From NCBI GenBank assembly GCA_964252035.1, contig OZ176213.1: DNA of 64,000 bases. The stretch is one strand, 5' to 3'. The DNA comes from Podarcis erhardii. Its lineage: Eukaryota. Every line of letters begins with the position of its first letter. The first letter of the stretch is position 1. The notes beneath the pieces are model-generated. The model worked only from the letters and a program-made list of their open reading frames with translations. It ran no database searches and was not told where the DNA came from. The position numbers were made by a program, and so were the translations under genes. Below are positions 48,830 to 62,246 of the stretch, piece by piece.

Positions 48830-51287
48830 ACACCACAGTTTCTGCATATAAAAAGTCATTCTCCAGACCAGATTTTAGTTTGCATTGTACAACTTGTGCC
48901 CATTTAAAAAAGGTGAGTGTAAAGGTGTGAATGCGTACAGATGCCAAGCAGATTAATCAGTGAAGTCAGGCCTATGCAGCTAGCAACCACTAACTGTTGG
49001 GTGGTCCACTTCTTTGCTACTTGTGTGGGACAGCAAAAATTGGAATCTTGTCAATACCTGGTCTAAGGGGGATCTTTTCTTAACAGATGTATCTTAACAC
49101 AATATGTAATTTTCCCCTTTCCCATCTCTGAAAGTATAGTTGTTAAGAGAGATGGCTTTAAATTCTCTAAGTAAATGTCCTTGCAATAAATTAATTAAAA
49201 TAATTAAAAATTATACTCTTCATCAGTTAACTGATAGTATACAAATAATCATAACACAAGCTTTCCAATTAAAAACACTCTAGACCTTTCATTACTTGTA
49301 ACTCTCTGAAGTTTGAATTGGGCAATTAACCAACAGGATTCTCTAACACATGCTAATAAGATCTCAAAAGGAGTCTTGACAGCACTGGCAGTTTAGAGAT
49401 CAGTTGTGTGGAAGAGAATGGGTTTAGGATGTAGAGGTCCTTTTTCATTCTTGATGAGGGCAGCATGCAATCTTTGTGGATCCCACCAGTTAGAGGAAGG
49501 CTCACTATGTCAATTTCAAAGCTCTTTCCAGTGCATCCCAGATGCAAGTATAAAAAGAGAATTTTCTAAAGCCCAAATTTGCCCTATGTCTGCCCCATCT
49601 TTTTTGGCGAAGCACGTTTTTGTAACAAGTACTTGAAATCTGTTTGTAAGATAGAAATAGTTTAAAGGTGTGCATGCAATTGGGTTAGAACATGTAACTC
49701 ATTAAATGCAGATAAGCCTGTTTGGTTTTTATTTAGTGGAGGTTGGAGTAGGGTGGAAACCCACAGGGCTCAGAATTAAATCAAAGGGATGAAATAATTT
49801 GTAGTGCAATCCTAACCATGTCTACCCAGAGGTATATGCTATTCAGTTCAATGGGTCTTACTCCTAAGGGTTAAAATGGGGTTAGGATTGCAGCTTAAAG
49901 CACCAAAAATGAAGCTTGCAATTCCTGAAGTTACCCCACTGCTATCCAGAGTTAAGGTTGCCGTGATGCTGTGTGCTGGAAATTGATTGTGGAATTTTAA
50001 ATTGTTCTCCAATCAGGGCTTAACTCTGCACCTAATGAAGTTTGTTACTAGTATATAACCTGCAAAGAAAGGACACTTGGTTAAATATTTAATACTAAAA
50101 TATTATTCAATATTCTGGCCCTTCCACCCCCAAATTAGGAATAGCTGATTGCATTTTCATTGGCTGCTTTTCAGATTTCCCTCCCAGCTTTTGCCCTTAA
50201 ACTAGCAATCTGTTATTTCTTATTTAAAAATATAATGGTAATATTTTCCATAGCTTAAATTGCATGGGCTGATCCTAACTGCTGTGTTTAATAACTATCA
50301 TATGTGTCCTTTTGACTAATAAATAGCATTGTTTCCTCCTGTCAAAAGCTGGAGTGAAATGCATGTATTTCTGAGAATGGGTGGTGGGGAGAAGGGGAAA
50401 AAATCATCCTTTCCCAGACAATCAATCAAAATTGACAGGCCCTTTAACATACAATTTGTAGGGCACTGTAGTTTTAAAATGGGAACTGTCCGTAACATAT
50501 AGCTCGAAGCCTTTGTGGCTTTAACATTTGACAAAAGCATATCCACTGCATGGGGGGGCCGGGAGGGCGGGGAAAAAGTCAATGTGGAGTTCGAAAGGTT
50601 TTAAGGAAATAATTCTTTCTCACTCTGCAGTACTTCATCTTAAAAACCTATATTTCATAACAGCCTGTCATGGATTTTGTGTAAATAACCAAGGAGATCA
50701 TCTCAATTTATGCCATGCCTGCTCCTTGGTGTCCTAAGGCAGTCAAATTTGAAACTCCAGCTTTGGATTTTCAGTGTGGAAAATGCAGAACAAAATGTGC
50801 CGGCAGCATTGATCCCAGTTACATGGTGTGGGTGTCTGGCACGTTGGCATAGCTGTGCCATCATTTACCCTCACCCACCCCAAATGTATTTTGATCACCT
50901 CTGCTAAAAACAGCATCTCCTGAAGAAAATGTTTAGTTAAAACACTGAAAAGGAATGAAAAACACATAGGAGTTACTGGGAATTGGATTAGAAGATGTTC
51001 ATTATGACTCACAGTTATATTGATTTTGATGAAATTTAAGATAAAATTAGAATTTATATTAGCTGGTTTTCAGAATACAAATCTTTCTTTAAATGCTCAT
51101 TCCTGCAGGTCTAGAAACGCTTCTTCGTAATTCCTGCTTTGGGTTTTGGGAACCATATCTCAATCATTTTCTCTCTCTCTACTAATTTTGGTATCACTCT
51201 CATTCTTTAAAAAAAAAAAGATTTCATTTTGAGCAAATTTGTAAATGGCCCTGATGTGTTCTACAATTTAGTCAATTACTGTTTCAG

Positions 51288-51328
51288 CCTGCAAACCTCC
51301 AGGGAAACGGAACATACATGGCCTGAAG
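51288..51328 (+). CDS. MAP2K5: MAP2K5 exon 5, (A)CKPPGKRNIHGLK
   Basis: gtttcag| acceptor, AAG|gtagga donor, 41 nt, phase 1/0. Confidence 0.93.
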
Positions 51329-52187
51329 GTAGGAATTTCAATAATCGTTTCATTAAACTTAGATGGATTTGCAATGCTGTGTTCCACTTATTGAAATGTC
51401 AAACAAAATGGTACTTTCTGAGCTTTGACAAGCAGATTTTTAAAAAAACGTTGTGGAGGAAAGATTCCTTCCGTATGGTGTTGACTGTGCTATCAGAATA
51501 AGTTGTGTGGTTTATTAGTGACTGAAATTTGTTTCTTTTCTTGCTTTTGTTCTCTCTCTCTTGCTTTCTCTCTCTGAAATAAGGTGCTCCTCCTCCTTCT
51601 GGTGCCCCATTCAGACATCAGAGTTGTGCAGGAGCTGTGCTCCTGGGCTGTGCCAACGATCTGTAACAAAGAAGATCATATTAATTTTGATGTACTTAAT
51701 CTATTCTGGTTTAAGCATAGCCCAAACATTGTGCAATATTCATGTTTTAACTTGCATTTTATCGATACGCATCTGTGTAATGTTACATGAATCTCAAATT
51801 ACGAACGATACACAGTTGTGCAGAGTATATCTCAGCCTTTCTGGTGACATATTAGACAAATGTAATTGATATATTACTGCAAAATGGTCACACAGGGGAG
51901 GGGAGGAATGAGCAAGATGTATTTAATAGGAATGAAATGAAAGCCTTATTGTGTGCCTGTTCTTGATTGTATTACTTAACCAAGCATTTCAAATGCAGAG
52001 TGAATAAAAGAGCATGATTCCTTGATAACACAATGTGGTAACCTACATAGAGGGTGGCTTTCTACCATGGGCAACTAGCTAATTAACCTTCCTAGAGAAA
52101 ATAGGAAATTCATGGCAAATTAAAGGTTAATTAGAACCATGTCCTCGGAATAGAAACAACTGATAAAGATTCCTTTCCTGCCTGCAG

Positions 52188-52255
52188 GTAAATACGCGAG
52201 CAGGGTCTGCTAACAATAGTGGCGCAGCCGTCCCGGACTCCCTTCCAAGCAATAG
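52188..52255 (+). CDS. MAP2K5: MAP2K5 exon 6, VNTRAGSANNSGAAVPDSLPSN(S)
   Basis: cctgcag| acceptor, AG|gtaaga donor, 68 nt. Confidence 0.93.
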
Positions 52256-52809
52256 GTAAGAATTGAAGGGAAGAGTGTGCATGCGTTTTATTAAAGCAGA
52301 ACCCGAGAAGTGATTTCTGCATAGTAATTAACAGGAGCAAATAAGGAAATGCCAGATAACTTCAGGGGGATTTGGTTGACCAGTTTTCAGCAAGGTTTTG
52401 TGGCTTGTCGAAAGCAATGTTAAGTCTTTGAGGCTGTTGTGCCTTTCGACAACCTATTTCTTTGAGGTGCTCTCTGCACAGTTTCCCCAGTCCAGAACTT
52501 AGCATGCTCTATAGTGGGCATATAGACATCCTGTGTTTATGGTTGTTTCACATGGGGCAGGCGGGGTTTTTATTCTCCTATGTGATTAATACTCGTTGTC
52601 TCTACATGGATTGCAGTGTAGGAAATCAGGCAGCCAGTTTGATATATTGCACAGTGATTGTGGGCAAGGACCTCGGAGACCAGATTTCAAGACCCTTCCA
52701 AGCCATTGACTTACTGGGTTCTGAGCAGCTCATCTCTTTTCAGCCTCTGCAAATTGGGAACGTTAGTGAGCCAACGAGTGAAGTCTTGTGAATCAAGCAG
52801 CTTAAAGAC

Positions 52810-53433
52810 TAGGCCTGGGAAATATATTGCCCAGGACCAGTATGAGGAGCAGATATATCGCTGATGAAACCGCCACCACTTCTGAGTCCCTCTGCTAGCG
52901 ACTTCCTCCAGCAAACGTTGCTAGCTGAAGGACTCAGGAACAGTGGCGGTTTCACCAGCAATATATCACTGAGTGTAATCGCCATCCCACTCTGCCCTCA
53001 TACTGCACAGAGGGAGAAGCGCTGATACAACTTGTTCCTCCCTCTTCTCAGCCAAGCAATTAAAGGATCCCGCAGCCCAGCGCTGGCTCCTACGCAAGTG
53101 AAGGAAGCACCCCATCCCCAGCAGAACCTCACAAAAGATCCCTGATGTTCTCCCTGCTTGTCTGCAAGCAGGGAGAGCACAGGGGATGGCTCAGCTGGAG
53201 ATTGAGAGCCTTGCTGCACCCCAGCTGAGCCGTACAAACAACCTGCTTTGTCCCACCCACTAGGCGCTGGGGTGAAACTGCCTTAGCTCCCATGGTGAGA
53301 GCTGTGGCAATTTCACCCAGTGCCTGACATGCTGAGGCCAATGCGGTTTATTTTTTCAACATCGCGGTATATTGCCAGACTGTTTGGCTGATGGTATATC
53401 ACAACACTGAAAAGCTGATATCGCCCAGCCCTG
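52810..53433. mobile_element. hAT non-autonomous element, 624 bp
   Basis: Ends TAGGCCTGGGAAATAT and ATATCGCCCAGCCCTG; perfect 8-bp TSD TTAAAGAC. Confidence 0.85.
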
Positions 53434-55516
53434 TTAAAGACACTGCACTTTAAGTTTCCCATATTATAGTGGACTGTTCCTGTCCCATTTTGGAATACTA
53501 TGTGATACAGAACAATACTGTTCTGCTGTTATCTTCTCTTGTCACTCAAGTGGCTATCCTTGCTTGAGGGGGGAAATTCAGAGGTGTTCTAAATCAGCTG
53601 AAGACAACAGCTACAGCAAGATCCATGGCCAGTTGATTTTAGCAATAGGCAGAAGAAAGGGTGGATCTTGGTAAAGGAGAAACAGAAAGGCTGCAAGATA
53701 TGGGCACAGCTTGGATGTGGTGGGCCAAAGGAAAGGGAAGAGACAAAGATGGATCCAGTTTTGCAAGCCTACCGAAAGGATAGGGCTACCTCAGAGAAAT
53801 GGAGGAGAGTACTGTAAAGGTTATACGTTTTGTCTTCTGCTTCAGAACATTTCTGTCTCATTGAGAGTTCTGCAAGATTATGATGGGCCAGAAGTTCAAG
53901 GGGTGATGGACAGAACAATTGGTTTTGTTTTGTGTAAAGGTGGTTAAAGAATTGACAATGAGTGAAGCCTTGCGGTGCCAGGGAGAAATACTAAAGAAGA
54001 ATTAAAGCAAGCGGCTGAGGCCTGAGACCTGTAGGAATCCTCTAAGTCAAGGGTAGCCAATGTGCTGCCCTCCAGGTGTTGGACTACAGTTCCAATTAGC
54101 CCAAACCAACATGGCCAATGGTTAGGGATAATGGGAATTGTAGTCCAAGGATTCCATGTTGGTTACTCCTGCTCTGTTGCAGAAATGAAAGAAGAGGAGT
54201 CACTGAAGAATATATAAGAAAAGGCTTGCAAGAGAGAATGATTCTTCTGTTACCTGTTTCTATTAGGAAATGCAAGGAAAGAACTTTGTCTGTTACTAAA
54301 GGCCATAGTATCCTAGCGCAGGGGAGGTCATTCTGTGTTGTATGTGAAACCTGCATTGGTCTAGAGTCGGAATCAAAACTTGCTTACCGAGAAGAGAAGA
54401 ATTATCAGCAAAGTATTAGGAAATTATTATTATTACAAAATTATTAAGGCTTATTAAGTCATATTAAAGCAAGTCCCTTCCCCCCTTCTGTGGTCAGTTG
54501 TTTTCTTCACATACTTTAAGCTGGTTCTGAAAGTGCCCTGCAAGCAGTGCCTTCTGTAGAAGCTGATATCTAATGGGGCAGTTAATTGACTTTCATTTTC
54601 CAAAACCTGCCTGCATTAGGAATGACTGTTTTGAAGTCATTGACAGCCTGCCTCCGTTTCATGTTCACAAAACAGTTGGTTGCAAGAGATGACAAGATCA
54701 GTATACTTTTCATTTGGCAAAGTTTCTTTAAAGTAGTCCAGCAGACAAGAGGCTTATTAAAGAACAAAGATACCATATACATGTTTTTAATTTCAGTCAA
54801 CATGATCGATGATAAGACACTCATGCCTGTCAAGAATACAGCTGCATTCACACAATTGAATCCTGGCTTAATAAGAATATGCACCTGTTTACAGCCTGTG
54901 TGCAGCCCCTTTGCGCCTCCTTTGCTACTCACTTCATGAGGAGAGGAAAAACAAATAAAGAAGTCACAGCTGATCATACCTTTCTGTTGCATGTGAACTT
55001 GGAGCTTCCAAATGAAACAGTAGAACATGAGCCTCTTAATCTCAGGGTCGCAGGGGGTTTGGACTAGATGACCCTCATGGTCCCTTCCAACCCTTCCAAC
55101 AATTCTATGATCCTATGGAAACTCTCCAAGCAGACTGGCTTATTTTGTGATCTCAAGTCATGATTTGTAAGCCAACTGTAAACTATGGCTTTCAACTGCA
55201 GCTTCCTGGTCTATTTTGCCCTCCATACAAATGGAGAAGCAAAGCAAGAATGAAAGAGCTGTGTGTAGCTGCAGCCTGCACATTCATATCCTGGCTTATT
55301 AAGTGTCTGGTGCATTTAGAGGTACATATGCACTAATTACATCTCATTGCATTTTAACTTTTTGGGGGGTCGTGATAAAGCAGGAGATGTTCTTGCTTAA
55401 GCCCAATTGAAATGAATGGGAGGCTGTGCAAAAGCACTTCTTTGTTCATGCACAGCTGACATTCACTTCAATGAGGCTCGTGCACAAGAACTTCCTAGTG
55501 GACTGTGACCCTAGGC

Positions 55517-55947
55517 CAGGGCAGTCCAACTTTTAATATCAAGTGGGCTGCGATAATACTTCAACATGGAATCCACAGGCCACACACTGCCTTGTTGGGT
55601 GGGGGAAACAAGGCCCAAATTCGACCCCCTCCCATCCTTTGCACTGCTTTATCAAAGCCAGCTAAGTGAGGCACAGGGCTTTGGGAAAGAGACGCATGGC
55701 TCTGGCAGAGTCCTAGAACCCTTTCACTTCCTTCCCAAAGCTAAGAAACCTCTAACTAGGCTTTGGGAAGGAGGCTGAAGGACACTTTGACCCTGTCACA
55801 GCCCTCACAGTTCCTTCTCAAAGCCCAGTTTCTCGCTTACTCGGCTTTGTTAAGGCAGCACAAAGGGTTGGGGGGCATCAAATGTTGCTGAGGGCCATCA
55901 AATAAGGCTTTGAGGGGGGCCCTTGGGCCAAGCATTGGACTACCCTG
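55517..55947. mobile_element. Degenerate hAT-like element
   Basis: Ends CAGGGCAGTCCAA and TTGGACTACCCTG; no clear TSD. Confidence 0.55.
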
Positions 55948-56412
55948 CCAGTTAAAATTGCATTCAAAGCATCAGTGGTTAGAACTGGTTGACATGTTTA
56001 TTCTATCAACAACTATCAGTGGCGTTCCCATTTTATAGATCTAGAACTAATCCAGAGATTTGAAACGAGTGGCTCCCAAGTCCAACTTTCTGACCTATGC
56101 ACCACTCTGGCTTTACCACTGCCCTTTCCCCACACTTGTTTTCTCTCTGCAACCCTACCATTTCAACATGAAAGTTCAGTTTTTTGGGAAATCTGAATGT
56201 TGAGAGGAGAAATGAAATGAAAAAAGTAAAACTGTGATAATTAATTCTAGGCTAATTGCTTGGGTGCTGAGTTCACACAGCTGTGATTATAGGCAGATGT
56301 AACGCTAAGTAGTGTTATACTTTTTTAGTTGGGTATGAATTGCAGTTCCATTCAATAAAGTGCACTGATACAATCACTAAAAATACCTTTTTTGTCCTTC
56401 TTGATTGTGCAG

Positions 56413-56461
56413 TTTGAAGAAGTCTTCTGCAGAACTGAAGAAAATATTAGCTAATGGCCAG
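56413..56461 (+). CDS. MAP2K5: MAP2K5 exon 7, (S)LKKSSAELKKILANGQ
   Basis: tgtgcag| acceptor, CAG|gtaggt donor, 49 nt. Confidence 0.95.
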
Positions 56462-57206
56462 GTAGGTGTATTGGATGGGCTTGTTCATGAATGTCTTGTG
56501 TTTTAGGATAGCCTCAGAGATGCTTACTGCTCACTTATCAGTAATGTGGTCTTTTAATAAAGTAGAGGAGAAGCTGTGAAAGGGCTCGTATTGTGGAGGC
56601 GCCTCTGTCCTGATTGATTTGGATTGGCACACCAATTTGCTTTGCCTTTCTCAAAATGCACTAATCAGATTTAGCTCCAAATAGATTGAAGCGCCTTTCG
56701 CATCCGTCGTTCTGCTGCTACCTCAATTTAGGGGAAGAAAACTTAATCAATTTTGAATAGCAAATAGGATTCCTGGCTTGTTAGATCTTTGCATATGGGT
56801 TTAAGGCACACACACGCTGCCAGATGATGAAGAGTGGAGGTAGTAGTAGAAGTACGCAGTGCCATGTTATTTGGAGCTCTGTGTTAGTTATCAGTTTGCT
56901 CTGTAAAGGGGGCAGAAATCTGTAGAAGGCTTCCTTGCCTTCCCCTGGCACCTGCAATTGAATGCAGTAGCCTCACAATTGATGGGCAAATGGACACTTA
57001 GGGCAAGTCCTTCCTGGCCAGTTTTGATTCAAATAGGCGGGAAGGCCCAAAGTAGCATAATGACTTTAAATACACACCACTAAATGGAAGTACCTGCAAG
57101 GCAGCAGGATCTTTCAATAGCAACATAAATAAGTTTTAATGTTTGTCATGGTGAAAGCCCTTTGATAGCCTTGGAGGCAGGCACCTGTCCACAGCGATCA
57201 AGCTTG

Positions 57207-57338
57207 NNNNNNNNNNNNNNNNNNNNNNNNNNNNNNNNNNNNNNNNNNNNNNNNNNNNNNNNNNNNNNNNNNNNNNNNNNNNNNNNNNNNNNNNNNNNNN
57301 NNNNNNNNNNNNNNNNNNNNNNNNNNNNNNNNNNNNNN
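57207..57338. other. Assembly gap, 132 N
   Basis: Run of N. Confidence 1.
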
Positions 57339-58757
57339 GTGCCTTCACACAGTGACCTCTCCAAGCCTCATTGGCATTTCATGAATCAAGTAGTTGTAGT
57401 TGAGCGTGTCAAGAAGATAAAAGCTGGTCTTCACGCTTGTCCTTCAGCGGCTCACCTGTAACATTGTGCTCTTAATAGATGAGAATGGTCCCGCTAGTGT
57501 CACCTGCACTGCAGCCTTGCTTATTTGTGATCAGAATTGTTTAAATAAAACTTAGGAATATGGATTTCAGTTCTTCTTTTTTTAAGTCCAGGCTGTGACT
57601 CTTGCCTGAAATATAGCAAAGGGGCTTTATAAAAATAAAATACTGTTTTTACCCACCCTCAGCATTTGATTTAATCTTTCACAAATGCTTTTCTGTAATA
57701 AATGTTTAAGGTTCCTAGGGTGGAGGAGGAGAAAAAGGCGTCATTAAGGAAGCAGTGGTTTAAATATTCTGTCTGAGAAGAGAAGTATTTTTAATATTCT
57801 TGATGGAATGTGGAGGATTTTAAATACTTGATGGGGAAAGAAAATGACCCTTGTAGATGACTTTGGGAAGCCCAGGCATGCAAAGAGTTCTCAGGAATTT
57901 AGGGATATAAAGACCCGCATAGTTTTCAAACTGTGGGTATTATCCATACCCCTTTAGTGTTATGTAATGTTTTGAAAATAAGTGAATGAAGGGCTGTTGT
58001 AGTAGATGAATAATTGTATCTTTAATTTACTTAGATGCTTATGGTGACCATCAGTTCTTTTGAAATGTTGTGCACCGGAAGTTCTCCCCATCATTTCAGC
58101 AGAGCAGTCAGAACTAAAGGGGTGGAGGTGTAGACATTCTCTCCCCCAACCCTGCTGCCAATTGAAGCAAATGAGAAAGCAACCTTTCACAAGGAAACAT
58201 GGACAGGGCTCTGCACTGAGGGGTGGTTGGTGGTGGGAGTCATGGATATCCATTCCAAGTCTAGCCTGTTTAAGTTCTCTTGATGTCAGTGAAATCAGAA
58301 CATTCTTAACTGGGGGGGGGGGGAGAGAATTAATGTCAAGTTCCCTAACATTGTGTGGTCTTGTTGCTTTTACTGACTGTATTTGATTCAGAGACACGAC
58401 ATGGGAAGTTTCTTTGGTTATAACTTCTAAGGTTGTTTTTTGTTTTGTTTTTTAACAATTTGGTGGTTTAAGCTATACTTTAGTATAGCTGTAGTACAGT
58501 GGATAATTCTTTGTTTCTTTTTCCTTTTTTTGCACCTTCTGCTTGAAAGCATTAATAAAGACATTTTTCCCTGATAGCCTCCACTTAGGTTTAATAAGGA
58601 ATTCATATTAATCATTAAAAGAAAGGGGACACGATTCTTCAAGATAATCAAATATTGACAGGTTAGAAATAGCTTTCTGCCTAGGTTCATTGATATAGGT
58701 TATGTGATATAAATATTTATTTCTTTTCTGTCACTCAGAGAAAATGCCGCCAATTGA

Positions 58758-58905
58758 NNNNNNNNNNNNNNNNNNNNNNNNNNNNNNNNNNNNNNNNNNN
58801 NNNNNNNNNNNNNNNNNNNNNNNNNNNNNNNNNNNNNNNNNNNNNNNNNNNNNNNNNNNNNNNNNNNNNNNNNNNNNNNNNNNNNNNNNNNNNNNNNNNN
58901 NNNNN
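58758..58905. other. Assembly gap, 148 N
   Basis: Run of N. Confidence 1.
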
Positions 58906-59659
58906 TTCGATTGGTACAGAGGAGGCATAGCTTATAGGGCCGGACTTCTGCTAGAGCTTTACGTATCAAATAAGGATTAATTGAGCATTTTTGCTTCTAA
59001 TGATTTATAAGAGACGCATGCTGCTTCTCTCCAGGACAGCAGATATAAACAAAGAATGTTTTGTTTGCTGATCCGTAATTGGATACTCTTTTACTTGCCA
59101 TTAGTTCTATTAACATTGGCAGCCAAACAAGGTTGTTTCACAAAAGTTAGTATTTCAGAACCTGCTATGAAGTTGTAGTTATGATTTTATTGAGGCTTCC
59201 CACTTCGTAATTATCATTGATAAATTACTAGGTATCTATAGGAACGTCTCTCTGTGTTGATCAACTGGATTTTACATCAGTAAAGTAGGGCATCCTGATA
59301 GTGTCTAGATGTTTTGGCCTACAACTCCCATCAGCCCCAGCCAGTACCACGATGATCACTCCAACTCCAGCATCATGTGGCCATGCTGGCTGGGGCTGAT
59401 GCGAGTTTCTGTCGAAAACATCTGGAGTTCATCAGGTTTGCAATTACATACCATGGTGACGTATTTGAGCCTCCACACTTGTAATGAAAAGGCCAAACCA
59501 AGATGGCCTGTGTTAACCCTCTTGTTCTTATCAAGGAGTATGTCAGACTAATTTGGAATTGGGGACTCCTCGGAAGAAAAACCCTTTGATTAAACACAAG
59601 AATCATTCTTTGGATAGCCAGAGGAAGTCTGGTTGCTCTGTCAGTCAACCCTCAGGCTT

Positions 59660-60000
59660 GTGGGTGCTGCTATTGAATGGTAGGTCAGTTTTAAATAAGG
59701 TCTCCCTCATCCATGACCTGTTGCTGGATGAGGAGGCCAACCTGGTTTGTATTGCTGAGATCTGGGTGGGTGAGCAGGGTGGCGTTGGTATCTTCCTGCT
59801 GTGCCCACCTGACTACTCAGAGCAGGCTTGAGGGTCAGGCAGAGGGTACCACTATAGACTATAGTAATTTGATCTTTGTCTGCAGGCTCCCTGTCAATTT
59901 GAATGGATTTTCATTTTGCATTTTTATGTTATGAACTGCCCTGTGATTTTCAGATGAGGGGTGGCATGCAAATTTAATAGATGAATGAATGAATGAAGGA
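59660..60000 (+). mobile_element. Internally deleted L2: APE endonuclease start joined to a 3' tail
   Basis: LLLNGRSVLNKVSLIHDLLLDEEANLVCIAEIW resembles the APE N-terminus; followed by TGAACTGCCCTG...(GAAT)n. Confidence 0.6.
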
Positions 60001-60062
60001 AGGAAGGAAGTCTTGTGATGGGCACCTAGGAAACATTAGGGACTCTGTTGGTTTACTATATT

Positions 60063-60063
60063 A

Positions 60064-60099
<36 letters not shown>

Positions 60100-60126
60100 C
60101 ATCATCATCATTAATAATAATAATAA
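60063..60126. repeat. Compound (AAT)n(CAT)n(AAT)n microsatellite
   Basis: Direct reading. Confidence 0.95.
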
Positions 60127-62246
60127 TATTTCCCAGCCTGAACTGACAGATGTGGTCTTGGCCATCCTTGGGCACAGTTTACACTTTGAAGAATATGCAC
60201 ACACTAGGTTGATGGTTCTCAAAGGGTCTGACACACCATACTGGTATAGCAGGAGAGGATGGCAAGTGGCGGGAAGATTCAAGGAGAATAAGTATTATAT
60301 TTTGGGAATGATTCATGTTCTTATGTAGCTGCATTATTTTATACTTTCTGGATGTCTCATGATCCTATTATATAGTAGTTGTGTTCTGTGTTAAAAATCA
60401 AGCACTGCTAGGAGTTGTTTTTGTTTTCCAATGTTTTTCTTATTAAATAAAAAATGGGTGTGGCGCTAGCAGATTTTTATTCTGAAAGTGTGGCCCAGAG
60501 AAGGAAGTTTGAGAACGTCTGCTCAAGGTAGCAGTCATGGGAAACAATAAACTCTTTTTAAAATAGGTGACTTGGCCAAACACAGGTTAAATGAAATGGA
60601 GTGAAGAAACACTCCTGCAAAACTCCCAGTACAGTTGTGCTTGTGAAACATTTACTGGTCCTTCCTGAATCAAAGCTTGTATAATTAAGCAACAAAACTG
60701 CTACTCCCCAAAGGACATTTGCAGCGATGCAAATCTGAAGTGTTTCTTTTCCGATGTCTCTGTACAAAGGTAGATTAAAGTAACTGACCTACATCAGAAT
60801 TCATCGGGGGAACTTTTACAGTGTAAGTCCATTGAAATGATTGGCAATTGCTGTTCAGGAGAAGTTTGTGTAGATAGTACCCCACATTTGTATTTACTTG
60901 GATCATAGTGTGCCCATTTCTCCAGGGCAAGAAATCCTTCAGAGACACTTAAGTTCATGAGCCTAGGTGGTATTTTCTTTTAGGTTTTTCTTAGTCATAC
61001 CTTTTATGAGGAAACACAGCATTTCGGGAAAGGTAGAATTTCTCAAAATGTTCTTCCCTTCTTGGTCTGCTTTTGTTGAAAGGGGAAAAAACCATTCAGG
61101 AAAAAAATCCCATAGCATTTTGATTCATGGTTGGCCATTGGGTATTAATTAATTTCAATATATTAAGTTTGCTGCAGCAAACTAAACAAGCAATTTATAT
61201 GAAGCCTACTTTTGTGCCGTTGTGCTTCTGATGATCACAGATTGCCCAAGTTTAGACCTGCACATTTATAGAAATAAAAAATACTTTCTTGGATTAGATT
61301 ATCATTGAATAGTATTGCAGCAGAGAACATTTTAAGCTTGGCTTCTGTTGCCTTCAAGAAGATTACTTTTGAACATTTTATCTTAGCTTGCAGTTTGCTT
61401 CTAAAATCCACTTTCTGCAGCTGAAAGCATGCTGAAATATTTTGCCCAACAAAACCTGTGTGTCAGGATTATATCTCTCATGATAAGGGTATACTTGTTA
61501 TAGTACATCTGTGAAACTACCTTTATTTTCACTGGTGCTCGTGCAGAACTGTCTTCTGGACACAATACCAGGTGCTGGATTGGTACATGTGGATGCAGTG
61601 GGGTTGATCTCTTAACATCTGCTTAGTGAAAAATGTTATCAGGGTAGGAGGAAGGAGTTTGCTGTTGGGTAGGAATGCCTGGATCTGCAGCTGACTCTCA
61701 GTCTCCTAACTGGTTCGTGTTCTACAAATTTTGGAAGCTACTTATTTTGTGATCTCAGGTTGACCAAGATGCCATCCTTAGAACAAGTTCAAACATCGTT
61801 TTTTGATGGCTCTTCACCAGTTCTAGAGCTAAATTGTAGGTGGACTGCAGTGACAGGTTCCTGGCCACATTTAATGTCAGCGTTGGCTGTGGGCCTCTCA
61901 AGCCCCCTCCCAACCTAGGCCTTGGTTTGCAGTCAAGACCTCTTTTCTCCTCTCCATATCTGTGATCTGCTCCTCTTGAGCTATGTTATCATTCCATTTT
62001 GACACCTTTTATCAAACTTTAATGAAATGACCCAGGCAAACAAATTGTCATTAAACTTTCCATCACTTTGTCCCTTGGTATTGTCTTTTATAAATTGGAC
62101 AGCAAATGTTGTATTGATCTCCTCGTTCTTGCAGCTGAACTTGAAATGACCCAGACGGCTGGTTGTTTATGGCCTAGAGTTGCTTTTCCTTGACACTTCC
62201 ATCCACGGCATGACATCTCTTTTGTTTTTCTTTCTTTCTCGTGGAG

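Noticed and set aside
52405-52452. 10-bp inverted repeat TTGTCGAAAG/CTTTCGACAA downstream of MAP2K5 exon 6
   Set aside because: About one or two such repeats are expected by chance in 64 kb, and the upper stem pairs poorly.
52860-52880. CTGATGA hammerhead-like box
   Set aside because: No stem II followed by GAAA and no UH cleavage triplet in the right geometry.
57200-58910. HindIII and MfeI palindromes directly before two N-gaps
   Set aside because: Probably chance or an assembly effect; no biological reading is supportable.
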